A stretch of 47,082 nt of DNA from Candidatus Sericytochromatia bacterium (GCA_035285125.1 JAYKHR010000135.1:1-47082), one strand, 5' to 3'; counted from the first letter of the stretch, positions 27,571-36,654 are shown. Made by a program: numbers and translations. The notes: generated from the sequence alone by a model not told the origin.

Positions 27571-28776
27571 TCACTGCAGGCAGAAGAACTCTTGCAAGCG
27601 CTCCTGCCATGTGGGCCCGCCGGCGGGCCGGGGCTGGGCCGGCAGCGACGGCTCGAAGGCCGCCTTGCGGGCGTCGATGGCGCCATGGCCGAAGGCCTCG
27701 TCGCGGCCCGGCGCGCCCCGGTCCGTCACGGCCCGTCGCAGGTGCGCCTCGACCTGCGCGACCGTCCAGCCCGGGTGCTGGGCCATCACCAGGGCCGCCA
27801 CCCCAGCCACATATGGGGCAGCGAAGCTGGTGCCCGAGGTCCGCGCGTAGCTCGGCCGACCCTTGCCGGGCTTGGTTGTGAGCACGTCCACGCCGGGTGC
27901 CGTGAGGTCGAGTTCCTTGCCCGCGTTCGAGAACCCGGCGCGGGAGCGGCGCCGGTTGATCGCGCCCACCGCAAGGACGTCCTCGCCCTGCGCCGGGTGG
28001 TAGTCGGCCATGGCCTTGCGACCGTCGTTGCCCGAGGCCGCAATCACGAGGACGCCGGCCTTGCGGGCCCGGGCGATCGCCGCCTCCAGCGCGGGCACCT
28101 GGTCCCAGAGCCCGAGCTTCCGGAGCGTGGCCTCGTTCGCGCCCAGGCTCAGGTTGATGACCTTGGCGCCGTGGCGCACGGCGTGATCGATGCCGCGGGC
28201 CACGTCCTTGGGCTCGGCCAGGCCCTTGTCGTTGAAAGCCTTGATGGGCATGATGCGAGCGTTGGCTGCCACGCCGGCGGTGTCGCTGCGAAGGCCCCGG
28301 GCCCCGGCAATCACCCCGGCCACGGCGGTGCCGTGGCCGAGCTTGTCCGTGACATCCCGGCTGCCGTCCACTGCGTTGAAGGGGGCCACGACCCGACCGG
28401 CAAAGGCAGGGTGGGCCATGTCGAGCCCCGTGTCGATCACGGCCACCACCACCTTCGAGGCATCGATCTCGGCGAACCCGTCGTCGCTGGTCAGCACGGT
28501 GCCAGCCTGGCCATCGACCTTGACGGCCCGACCGGCCCGGACATGAAGCCCCTCGACATTGTCGACGGGCGAGGTTGTGGCCAGCCGGGAGCCCGACAGC
28601 AGAGCCACGTCAGCCCCGAGGTCGACGAGAGCCGAGGGCAGCCGGTCCCGGCGCGCGGCCTCCGCGAGCGCAGCCCGGTTGGCGGCAGTGTCCGCGAGGC
28701 GCGTGACGCGCACCCCATCCGCCCGCCCCGTCTGCCCCCACGTCACCGTGGCCTTGCCCACCGCTGCCTGGCTCAT
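27571..28776 (-). CDS. S8 subtilase serine protease without signal peptide
   Basis: VIDTG, HGTAVAG, VINLSLG, ASGN, SGTSFAAP; GAGAGG RBS before MSQAAVG; no hydrophobic N-terminus. Confidence 0.92.
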   Translation of the reverse strand: MSQAAVGKATVTWGQTGRADGVRVTRLADTAANRAALAEAARRDRLPSALVDLGADVALLSGSRLATTSPVDNVEGLHVRAGRAVKVDGQAGTVLTSDDGFAEIDASKVVVAVIDTGLDMAHPAFAGRVVAPFNAVDGSRDVTDKLGHGTAVAGVIAGARGLRSDTAGVAANARIMPIKAFNDKGLAEPKDVARGIDHAVRHGAKVINLSLGANEATLRKLGLWDQVPALEAAIARARKAGVLVIAASGNDGRKAMADYHPAQGEDVLAVGAINRRRSRAGFSNAGKELDLTAPGVDVLTTKPGKGRPSYARTSGTSFAAPYVAGVAALVMAQHPGWTVAQVEAHLRRAVTDRGAPGRDEAFGHGAIDARKAAFEPSLPAQPRPAGGPTWQERLQEFFCLQ

Positions 28777-28883
28777 CGTGTCGTCCTCTCCAACCGCGGC
28801 CGCCCACCGGACAGCCCTGCACCACACGATAGCGTTATGGCCCGAACTGGTTTCGAGGAGGTTTCACAGGAACAATGAAATAC

Positions 28884-28898
28884 CTAAGAAATGGTTAA
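28884..28898. promoter_or_regulatory. CTAA-N7-TTAA motif
   Basis: taC CTAAgaaatggTTAA, ~108 bp upstream of the subtilase start. Confidence 0.5.
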
Positions 28899-28919
28899 TA
28901 TCGAAGATCTGGCGCATTG

Positions 28920-29069
28920 AACGCGCCGCAAGCGTCCGCAGGGACGCAAGCGCCGCGAAGGCCCCCCTCACCGCCAAAATCCTGCGAAGGACAGCGAAAC
29001 CCTGCCAATCAACGCGCCGCAAGCGTCCTGCAAGGACGCAAGCGCCGCGAAGGCCCCCTGACTACCAAA
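28920..29069. repeat. Two ~59-bp imperfect direct repeats with internal hairpin (REP-like)
   Basis: AACGCGCCGCAAGCGTCC(t)GCA(G/A)GGACGCAAGCGCCGCGAAGGCCCCC... at 28920-28978 and 29011-29069, 32-bp spacer, GCGTCC/GGACGC stem. Confidence 0.85.
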
Positions 29070-29107
29070 CCATGGCGCAGCCCCCCACAGCCATCCTCAT
29101 CCAGCCC

Positions 29108-29214
29108 AGCCTGGCGCAGGACTGCGCCCCGAGAGCAAGGAAGGAGGAACGAGCGTACTGCAAGTACGTGAGCGACGACTGACGCCGCTATCGGGGTGCA
29201 GGACCAGCCAGGCT
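29108..29214. repeat. Nested-palindrome element (MITE/REP-like or structured RNA)
   Basis: Terminal AGCCTGG/CCAGGCT, inner GCGCCCCGA/TCGGGGTGC and apical CGTACT-GCA-AGTACG stems; abuts the TAG stop of the 29213 gene. Confidence 0.65.
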
Positions 29215-30217
29215 AGATCATGTCGTAGAGGGTGTCGGACAGCATAGGCCGAGAGATCTTGTCGTGCAGAAAGCCGAGGCCGATGCCGACGACGGCCCCG
29301 ACAAGCGTGCCGACGAGCGGCACCGTCATCGAGCCGATGGTGGCCCCCACGGCGGCACCGGCCATGCCCGTGGCCGTGTAGCCGACGACGTCGGCCGCGA
29401 AGTTGGTGCCCAGTCGCTTCACGTCGGACTGGTCGCGGTACTTGTAGTCGATGAAGGCGTTGATGGCCGAGGCGGGGATCGCCCAGATGGCCGAGGACTT
29501 GAAGGCCTTGATGCCGCCAGAGAGGCCGGCCCCGATCGCCTGGCCGAGGCCAAGGCGCGCGCCGCCGCTGGTGGCCGCCGTCAGCGTGAAGGGCTGGGCG
29601 AGCTTCTTGCCGAGGGCGCCGAGGCTGATGGCCCCCTCCGAGAAGACCTTGCCGAAGGCCTGGAAGGCCTTGCCGAACTGCAGCGTCAGCAGGCTGCCGA
29701 CCGCCTCGAGGGTGTTGCCCACGAGTGCCCAGCTGAGCCTCAGGAGAGGCTCGCCCGCCGACTCTACGATCTTGGCGACGCCCTTGACCATCGTGCCGTT
29801 GGTGTTGGCGGCGATCGCCTGGGCGGCCCCCACGGCCGCGGCGGTGCCGGCGGGCAGAACCCGCGCGCCGAGCTGGGCGAGGCCTGCCGCGCCGGTCTGC
29901 GCGATGGGCCCCTGACCGAGGTTCACCGCAGGCGCGGCAGCGACCCCGTAAGCGGTCACGGCCTGGGGCGCCGGGGCAGGGGCAGCGGCCCAGGGCGCCG
30001 CAGGCGAGGCGCCCCAGGCGCTGGGGGCCTGCATCGGGGCGTACGACGGGCTGGCCGGCGCCGGAGGCGCCGCAGCGTGGACCGTCACCACCGGAGGCGC
30101 GAGCCGATCAGCGCCGAAGGCAGGCGCGGCGGGCGCAGCAGGGAGCGCCGGCGCGACCGGGGGGGCAGGAGGAAGGTAGCCGGCACTGGGGACGGACGGG
30201 ACGACGGGCTGGGTCAT
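29213..30217 (-). CDS. Hypothetical protein (334 aa) with Pro/Ala-rich N-terminus and C-terminal glycine-zipper helices
   Basis: GAGG RBS before MTQPVVPSV; C-terminal GMAGAAVGATIGSMTVPLVGTLVGAVVGIGLG. Confidence 0.8.
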   Translation of the reverse strand: MTQPVVPSVPSAGYLPPAPPVAPALPAAPAAPAFGADRLAPPVVTVHAAAPPAPASPSYAPMQAPSAWGASPAAPWAAAPAPAPQAVTAYGVAAAPAVNLGQGPIAQTGAAGLAQLGARVLPAGTAAAVGAAQAIAANTNGTMVKGVAKIVESAGEPLLRLSWALVGNTLEAVGSLLTLQFGKAFQAFGKVFSEGAISLGALGKKLAQPFTLTAATSGGARLGLGQAIGAGLSGGIKAFKSSAIWAIPASAINAFIDYKYRDQSDVKRLGTNFAADVVGYTATGMAGAAVGATIGSMTVPLVGTLVGAVVGIGLGFLHDKISRPMLSDTLYDMI

Positions 30218-30311
30218 CGAGGGGTCCTCGGCATGCCTCACCCGAAGGCGAGGGCAAAGTCGGCACACCGGGCTTATCCGATCGTCGCGGACGCCGCTTG
30301 CGACCATTTAC

Positions 30312-30337
30312 CTAAGGGCCAGTTAAGTTTGACCTAA
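30312..30337. promoter_or_regulatory. Triple CTAA-N7-TTAA-N7-CTAA motif
   Basis: CTAAgggccagTTAAgtttgacCTAA, exact 11-bp period, ~95 bp upstream of the glycine-zipper gene. Confidence 0.55.
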
Positions 30338-30345
30338 CCTTGGAT

Positions 30346-31206
30346 TCAGCGATTGAAGCGGCCGCCGCGGTCAGCCAGCTGGTTCACGGCCAACACCACG
30401 GTGAAGATGGCCGCGCCTGCAGGCAACCCCAGCCACGGCGCATGATAAAAGTAGCCCCGCGCCTCGCCGATCATCGCCCCCCAGGTGGGCGTCGGCGGTG
30501 GCACCCCGAGCCCCAAGAAGCCCAGCGCCGCCTCCATCAAGAGCATGTCTGCGAACTTGAGGGCCAGCAGCGTGAGGGCCAGCGGCCGGACGTTGGGCCA
30601 GATGTGGCGCCACAGCTGCCACCAGTGCCCGGCCCCCACGGCCCGCCCAGCCTCCACGAATTCTTGCTCCCTCAGGCTCAGGACGCTGCCGCGGACCATC
30701 CGGGCCAGGCTGGGCCAGCCGACGAGCCCCAGCGTCAGGATGGCCGAGGCGACGCCCGGCGGCAACACCGCGGCGAGCGCGATGGCGAGCAGGAGGGCCG
30801 GGAAAGCCATCACCACCTCGGTCAGGCGCATCACGGCATGATCGACGAGCCCCCCGGCGTAGCCCGCCAGCAGCCCCAGCGTGACGCCGATGCCCCCAGC
30901 CAAGGCGGTGGCGGTGCCCGCGACCAGCAACGAGACGCGCCCGCCGTGCAGGAGGCGGGAGAGGACGTCCCGCCCTAGTTCGTCGGTGCCCAGCCAGTGG
31001 GTGGCGGTGGGCGGGAGCGGCGCGCCCAGGGCGGTCAGACCGTCCGGCAACTGAAGCAGCGGGTTGTAAGGGGCGATCGCCCCGGCCCCCAGGGCGGTGA
31101 GGACGCCAACCGCCAGCAGCGAGCCCCAGCCCCAGCCCGCCAGGCGGCGCGGGGCAGGCGTGGTGGTGGCATCGGTGGCGGCGGCGACGGTCATGGCGGG
31201 CGCCAT
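30346..31206 (-). CDS. ABC peptide transporter permease (DppC/OppC-like)
   Basis: HWLGTDELGRDVLSRL, EAA-loop REQEFVEAGRAVGA, EAALGFLGLG, WGAMI. Confidence 0.93.
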   Translation of the reverse strand: MAPAMTVAAATDATTTPAPRRLAGWGWGSLLAVGVLTALGAGAIAPYNPLLQLPDGLTALGAPLPPTATHWLGTDELGRDVLSRLLHGGRVSLLVAGTATALAGGIGVTLGLLAGYAGGLVDHAVMRLTEVVMAFPALLLAIALAAVLPPGVASAILTLGLVGWPSLARMVRGSVLSLREQEFVEAGRAVGAGHWWQLWRHIWPNVRPLALTLLALKFADMLLMEAALGFLGLGVPPPTPTWGAMIGEARGYFYHAPWLGLPAGAAIFTVVLAVNQLADRGGRFNR

Positions 31207-31273
31207 GCTAGCACGTGGGGCCCGAGTCGTGTGCTATCATGCGCCGCGCCCTGCCCCCCCTCGTTGGTGCCCT

Positions 31274-33601
31274 ATGGCTCCGGTCCGCCGCTGGTTCACG
31301 CCCCTGCTCATCCTCGTCACCGTGGCGCCGCTCCAAGCGATGGCGCCCGTGTCCGCGATGACGAAGGGCAAGCTGGCCTACCGCCTCGGGAACTACGAGA
31401 GCGCGGAGCGCCTGTTCGCCGAGGCCACCGGGCGGGGTGAGGCCTCGGAGGCAGCCCTGTGGCAGGGGCGCGCTGCCTGGCGCCTGGGCCACAGCGAGGC
31501 GGCCCTTGGAGCCTGGCGCGTGGCGGCGGGCACCCCCACCTCCCGCGAGGAAGCCGAAGGCGCGCTCGCCACTGCCCGGGACCAGCTCTTCGGCCTGACG
31601 AGCGCGCTGGACCGCTACGGCGCGATGCGGCTCGCAGGCGACGGGGGCCCAGGCGCCACCCCCGAGGACTGGCGGACCCTGGCTGCCGAGTTCGACGGCC
31701 TTGCCGGCGCAGCGGGCGGCAGCCTGGTGGGGCGGCGGGCCGCCCTGCTGGCGGCCGATGCCCTGGCGCGCGCCGGGGACAACACCGAGGCCACCGCCCG
31801 CTTCGAGGCCCAGGCCGGGCGCCACTCGGCCATCGCCGACTGGGTGCTCTGGCGCCTGGCGGCGGTCGACGCGGGCCAGGCCGCCCGCCACCTGACAGCC
31901 CTGATCGAGCGTCACCCCGACAGCCCCCTGCGGATGGAGGCGCGGGTGATGCTTGCCGAGCGCACCAAGGACCCCGTGCGGGCCCGGCGCATCCTCGAGG
32001 CCGTGGTGATGGAGGGGGGACGCAAGCCTGCCGCCGAGCGGGCGCTGTACCTCCTGGCGCAGCAGAACGGGGGCCGGCAGGCGCTGCTTCAGCGGTACTG
32101 GAACACCTACCCCGAGGGACGCTGGCTCGACGACGTGGTGCGCGACCTCGCCCAGCGGCCGGGCCTGACACCGGACACGCGGTACCGCATCGGCAGCTAC
32201 TTCTTCTTCAAGAGCGAGTATGCCCTCGCCGCCGAGCACTTCGCCCGGGTCAACAGCCCGATGGCCGACTACCGGCGCGGGCGTTCGTACTGGGGGCTCG
32301 ACCAGCTCGATCGGGCCGTGGCCACCCTGAAGGCCGTGGTCGGGCGCGACCGCTCGCTCACGGGCAAGGCCTGGCTGACCATCGGCCAGATCGAGGGCCA
32401 GCGCGGGCGCTGGGGGGCCGCTGTCGCCGCTTACCACAAGGCCGCCTCCTTCGGGGGGGAGGCCGGTGTCACCGCCCGCGCCAAGCTCGCCAAGGCTTAC
32501 AGGGAGCAGGGCGAGTCGGCCCGGGCCAAGGCCTTGGAGCGCGCCATCCTCGTTCAGTACCCTTGGAGCGAGGAGGCCACCAACATCGCCTGGGCGGACT
32601 TCATTGGCGCCATCCGCACCCGCCGCTTCCAGGACGCGCTCGTGGCGGGCCGCAGGCTGGCGACCCACAACCCCCATCACGCCTACGGGCTGGCCGCACA
32701 GTACTGGATCGGCCGCATCCACGAGAAGATGGGCCGGCGCCAGCAGGCGGTGGGCACCTACCGGGCCCTCATCGGGCGATCGCCCACCAGCTACTATGGC
32801 TGGCGCGCCACCTTCCGCGACCGCGTGCTCTCGGGACGCGGCGCGGACCCCTGGTTCGCCACGGTGCCGGGCCGCACGGTCGCGGACCTGCCCGTCCGCT
32901 ACACCGACCTGCTCGGCCCCGAGGAGCGGGCGCTGGCGGGGGGGGCCGGCGGCAGCCCGCTGCCGCGCGAGATGCGCGAGTGGCCCGAGGCCGTCCGCGA
33001 GTTGCTGTTCTTGCGCCAGTTCGAGGTCGCGGGGGCGAACATCGGCTCGGGCGCTTCTCCAAACCTGCGCGCCTGGCTGAGCCTGCTTCAACACCGCTAC
33101 GCGGAGGCCATCCAGCAGGAGCGCGGGGAGCCGCGGCTGTCTTACCCCTTGGGGTATGCGCCCCTGCTGCTCGCGGCCGCCCGTCGCCACGGCATAGACC
33201 CCTTGCTGCTCGCAGCCCTCGTGCGCGAGGAGAGCCGGTTCGACCCACGGGCCAAGAGCTGGGTCGGAGCCACGGGGCTCGCGCAGCTCATGCCGTTCAC
33301 CGCGGAGTGGGTGGTCAAGCAGGTCCCTGACGTCACGGGGCGTCCCCTGACGGACCCCCACGCCAACCTGCAACTCGGCGCGTGGTACCTCGGCCACACC
33401 CACCGCACCTTCGATGGGGCCTCCGCGCTCGCCGTGGCCGCCTACAACGGGGGCCCAGGGGCCGTGGCGCGCTGGCGTAGGGGCTTCCAGGGCGACCTCG
33501 ACGAGTGGGTCGAGAGCATCCCCTACAACGAGACCCGCCTGTACGTGAAGAAGGTCTTCGCGAGCTACTGGAACTACCAGCGCCTGTACGGCCGAGGCTA
33601 A
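31274..33601 (+). CDS. Soluble lytic transglycosylase (Slt-type) with TPR repeats
   Basis: Signal peptide, TPR-like helices, catalytic REES, GATGLAQLMP, AAYNGGPG, IPYNETRLYVKKV; TGnTATCAT upstream. Confidence 0.92.
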   Translation: MAPVRRWFTPLLILVTVAPLQAMAPVSAMTKGKLAYRLGNYESAERLFAEATGRGEASEAALWQGRAAWRLGHSEAALGAWRVAAGTPTSREEAEGALATARDQLFGLTSALDRYGAMRLAGDGGPGATPEDWRTLAAEFDGLAGAAGGSLVGRRAALLAADALARAGDNTEATARFEAQAGRHSAIADWVLWRLAAVDAGQAARHLTALIERHPDSPLRMEARVMLAERTKDPVRARRILEAVVMEGGRKPAAERALYLLAQQNGGRQALLQRYWNTYPEGRWLDDVVRDLAQRPGLTPDTRYRIGSYFFFKSEYALAAEHFARVNSPMADYRRGRSYWGLDQLDRAVATLKAVVGRDRSLTGKAWLTIGQIEGQRGRWGAAVAAYHKAASFGGEAGVTARAKLAKAYREQGESARAKALERAILVQYPWSEEATNIAWADFIGAIRTRRFQDALVAGRRLATHNPHHAYGLAAQYWIGRIHEKMGRRQQAVGTYRALIGRSPTSYYGWRATFRDRVLSGRGADPWFATVPGRTVADLPVRYTDLLGPEERALAGGAGGSPLPREMREWPEAVRELLFLRQFEVAGANIGSGASPNLRAWLSLLQHRYAEAIQQERGEPRLSYPLGYAPLLLAAARRHGIDPLLLAALVREESRFDPRAKSWVGATGLAQLMPFTAEWVVKQVPDVTGRPLTDPHANLQLGAWYLGHTHRTFDGASALAVAAYNGGPGAVARWRRGFQGDLDEWVESIPYNETRLYVKKVFASYWNYQRLYGRG

Positions 33602-33726
33602 CGCTCGCCCACTTTCGTGCAGGCACACCGGGTGGAGTCGTGCACGCCGCCGAGGCCCGCACGCGGCCCTTGGGCCACGATGGCTTCGGCACGCCCCCGG
33701 TCAGGGAGGGGCCGGGAGGTTGCGGC

Positions 33727-34725
33727 GTGAGCAAGGCAGGCAGGATGGAGGCCTCGGGAGCGGACGGCTGGCGCCTGCGCGCCGAGCTCTGTGCGATCGC
33801 CCTGCAGGCCTGCACCTGTGATGCCTTCGTGGCCAGGGCCACCACCTTCCTCCGCGAGCGCCTGCAAGCCGCCCAGGTGGCTTTCTGGGCCGTCGATGGA
33901 GGTGGCACGTCGCTGACGCCCACCCACGCCACGCCCCAGAGCCCCGTGCTGCCCCTGACCGCGGGCCTCTTGCGGGAGCTAGGCGAGGCGGGGTTGCCAA
34001 GGACGGTGGCCGTGCCGGGCCCAGGCGGTGGCCTGCGCACCTGCGTGGTGGGCCCGGTGCGACGCGGCCGAACGATCGTGGGCCTGCTGCAGGTGGTGCC
34101 CGCCGCGCCAGGCTTCGAGCCAGACCACCTCGGGGTCGTGGGGGCAGCCCTCGAGCTCTTCGCCACAGGCCTGCAGGCCGCGCAGCGGCTGGAGCGGCTG
34201 CGCTGGGAAGCCGGGCACGACCCCCTGACGGCGTTGCCGAACAGGCGCGGCTGGCAGGCGATGCTGGAGCGCGAGACCCGCCTCGCCGAGCGCCACCGCC
34301 TGCCGCTGTCCGTGCTGCTGGTGGACGTGGACCACTTCAAGCCGTTCAACGATCGCCACGGCCACGCCGCGGGAGACGCGCTGCTCAGGGCCATCGCGCG
34401 ACAGCTGCGCCGGGCAGGTCGGACGACGGACTGCGTCGCGCGCTACGGTGGCGAAGAGTTCGTCGTGTTGCTGCCTCACACCGACCGGGCAGGCGCAACG
34501 CGGGCGGCGCACAAGCTGCTGGAGGCCGTGCGACGCGTGGCGGCCTGGCCCGTGAGCCGCGGGGAGCCCATCTCGGCCAGCGTCGGCTGCGCGACGTGGC
34601 CGGAGGACTGTCGGTCTCCCCGTGACCTGGTGCCAGACGCGGACCGGGCCATGTATCAGGCCAAGCGCACAGGCCGTGACCGGGTGGTGCAGGCCGCTGC
34701 GACCTCGCGCCCCGAGGGGCCCTAG
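33727..34725 (+). CDS. Diguanylate cyclase (GAF-like + GGDEF)
   Basis: DPLTALPNRR, DVDHFKPFNDRHGHAAGD, RTTD I-site, RYGGEEF, ADRAMYQAK; GGAGG before the GTG. Confidence 0.9.
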   Translation: MSKAGRMEASGADGWRLRAELCAIALQACTCDAFVARATTFLRERLQAAQVAFWAVDGGGTSLTPTHATPQSPVLPLTAGLLRELGEAGLPRTVAVPGPGGGLRTCVVGPVRRGRTIVGLLQVVPAAPGFEPDHLGVVGAALELFATGLQAAQRLERLRWEAGHDPLTALPNRRGWQAMLERETRLAERHRLPLSVLLVDVDHFKPFNDRHGHAAGDALLRAIARQLRRAGRTTDCVARYGGEEFVVLLPHTDRAGATRAAHKLLEAVRRVAAWPVSRGEPISASVGCATWPEDCRSPRDLVPDADRAMYQAKRTGRDRVVQAAATSRPEGP

Positions 34726-35219
34726 ATCACGAAGGCCGTCGAGAAGTTCTGCGTGAAGCGGCCACCTTGGACGACGTTCCAGCCAGCCTTGTAGCTGCCT
34801 GCAGGCCCGTCGGACTCGAAGTAGCGGAACTGCCCCGAGGAGCAGTCACACAACGTTTCACCATCGTCGAAGCGGCCGTTGCGGTTCGCATCTGCGTAGG
34901 CCCGCAGCGTGAACACCACGGACCGCGTCTCGGCGGGTTGCTCCATCATGTCGACGGGGGCCCGGGCCGGCAGGGTGAGGCTGAACGCCCCGTCCGCCAC
35001 CTCGGTGGAGACGATCTCACGCTGCTTGCCGCCGGCCGTGCTGCTGCCGAGCACCCCCACGCGCACGCCCGCGCCGCTCATGCCCTTCACGGAGCCGGCC
35101 ACGGTCGGCCCCCCGCCTCCCAGGACAGGAAGGTTCAAGCCGCCGGCTGCGGCAAGATCGGCGCAGCCGGAGGCAGCAAGGGCCAGCAAGCAAAGGATGC
35201 CGGGCAAGGGTCTGGTCAT
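34722..35219 (-). CDS. Hypothetical lipoprotein
   Basis: Lipobox LAASG-C; DANRNGRFDDGE Ca-binding-like loop; GGAGG RBS. Confidence 0.8.
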   Translation of the reverse strand: MTRPLPGILCLLALAASGCADLAAAGGLNLPVLGGGGPTVAGSVKGMSGAGVRVGVLGSSTAGGKQREIVSTEVADGAFSLTLPARAPVDMMEQPAETRSVVFTLRAYADANRNGRFDDGETLCDCSSGQFRYFESDGPAGSYKAGWNVVQGGRFTQNFSTAFVI

Positions 35220-35271
35220 CGAATCAACACCTCCGAGCGTGGCGCAAGTATACCGCCCTCATCGCCACCAG

Positions 35272-36513
35272 TCACGGCACGAAGGCCCCCTCGGGCAGCT
35301 CCGCGGGGTGACACGGCAACCGGGCCTCGAGGACCTGCCGCGCATCGGCGAGGCCCAGGTCGATGTAGCTTTGCATCAGCTTACGGTCCTTGAAGCCAGC
35401 GAAGAGATCGCCGCGCAGGGGGGTGGAGGGCGTGAGGGGAATCAGGCGCACGACCCGGCGGCTCAGGAAGTCCTCGAGGTCTCTGAAGCCCGCCGCGATG
35501 GCCAGGTCCTGGTTGTAGGCGCTGTGCCGGATGCCGCCCTCGGCGGTGCGCTCCATCAGGCGGTGCAGCGCCACAATCTGGCGGTTGGTCTTCAACACCT
35601 GGTGGTAGTTGTTGATGATGAATTTGCCGGCCAGGATCTCGGCCATCCGGTTGAAGACCTTCATGATGTCGTCCGGCTCGGACTCCGGCGGGGGCACGAG
35701 CGTCGTCGCCATCACCACGAGGATGGTGTCGACCTCGGGGTCCAGCTTGATCGCCTTGCCGATGGGGGCGTTGTCGGTCATGCCGCCGTCGATGAAGAGG
35801 CCGTGGGTGTTCGCCCCCGGGAGCGTCAGCCGCATCGGGGAGAAGGCGAGCGGGAAGGACGAGCTTGCCATCACCACGTCGATCATGCGGCTGAACTGCA
35901 CGAAGTTCTGCGTGCGGGGCATGCCGGGGTACCACTGGAAGTCCTCGAAGTGGGCCCAGGCGCGCTCGATGGTCTCGTCTTGGAGGTTCAGGCTGGTCTG
36001 CCCCAGCAGGTTGCAGATGGCCGCCGAGAACTTCACGGACTTCTGAATGTCCATCGGGAAGTGCCACTCCTGGGCGAGCTTGCGGAAGAGGGCGTGGGAA
36101 AAGACCGAGATGAAGTTTCCGCGCAGGATCGTCTCCAGGGTCTTGGCCGCCCGCGAGTCGATGCGCGTAGGAAAGAAGACGCGCTGAAAGGGATCGATGC
36201 CGAACCTCATGAACAGGTTGTTGAGTGACTTGTGCTCCAGGTCGTCGGGCCCGTCGTCCCCATCCACATTGTGGTAGAGGGCGTGGAGGTTCACCTGCTC
36301 CGTCCACGTTTTGATCATAAAGGCGTCGACGCGCTCAGGTGTGAAGTCACGGGCCACGATGAGGCTCGACATCATCGCCCCGCTCATCGCCCCGGCCGAG
36401 ATGCCCACGATGACGTCCGGCTCGATGTGGCGCTCGGCGAGAGCCCGAATGACGCCCAGTTCGTAGGCGCCCTTCGCGACGCCCCCTGCCAACACCAGCC
36501 CCAGCTTGCCCAT
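35272..36513 (-). CDS. Patatin-like phospholipase
   Basis: GGVAKG oxyanion loop, GISAG nucleophile elbow, DGG catalytic Asp; GAGG RBS. Confidence 0.92.
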   Translation of the reverse strand: MGKLGLVLAGGVAKGAYELGVIRALAERHIEPDVIVGISAGAMSGAMMSSLIVARDFTPERVDAFMIKTWTEQVNLHALYHNVDGDDGPDDLEHKSLNNLFMRFGIDPFQRVFFPTRIDSRAAKTLETILRGNFISVFSHALFRKLAQEWHFPMDIQKSVKFSAAICNLLGQTSLNLQDETIERAWAHFEDFQWYPGMPRTQNFVQFSRMIDVVMASSSFPLAFSPMRLTLPGANTHGLFIDGGMTDNAPIGKAIKLDPEVDTILVVMATTLVPPPESEPDDIMKVFNRMAEILAGKFIINNYHQVLKTNRQIVALHRLMERTAEGGIRHSAYNQDLAIAAGFRDLEDFLSRRVVRLIPLTPSTPLRGDLFAGFKDRKLMQSYIDLGLADARQVLEARLPCHPAELPEGAFVP

Positions 36514-36654
36514 CGACGTCCTCGTCCCTCGCGTGTCCGGCCAGCGGGGCGCAGCGCTGCGCCCCACGTCCTTCATGCCCGCAGAGCCCCGGTCCGTACC
36601 GGGGTTGAGAAGCGGGACAGGCGGGTAGTAGTGAAGACGGGAGGTCTGCGCCCC

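Noticed and set aside
28920..29069. CRISPR array (repeat - 32 bp spacer - repeat)
   Set aside because: Only two imperfect units, ~59 bp is too long for a CRISPR repeat, and there are no cas genes in the window.
28917..29182. Small ORFs over the repeat island
   Set aside because: They are translations of the repeats with atypical codon usage and no RBS.
16270..30340. Sigma28 (TAAA-N15-GCCGATAA) promoters as the explanation of the TAA motifs
   Set aside because: No correctly spaced -10 element at the 16.3, 19.4, 28.9 or 30.3 kb sites; only the 2.07 kb site has a CCGATA-like box, and its spacing is wrong.
35272..36513. Patatin as a CBASS CapV-type defence effector
   Set aside because: No CD-NTase or other CBASS gene nearby; the context is a lipoprotein gene and pilins.
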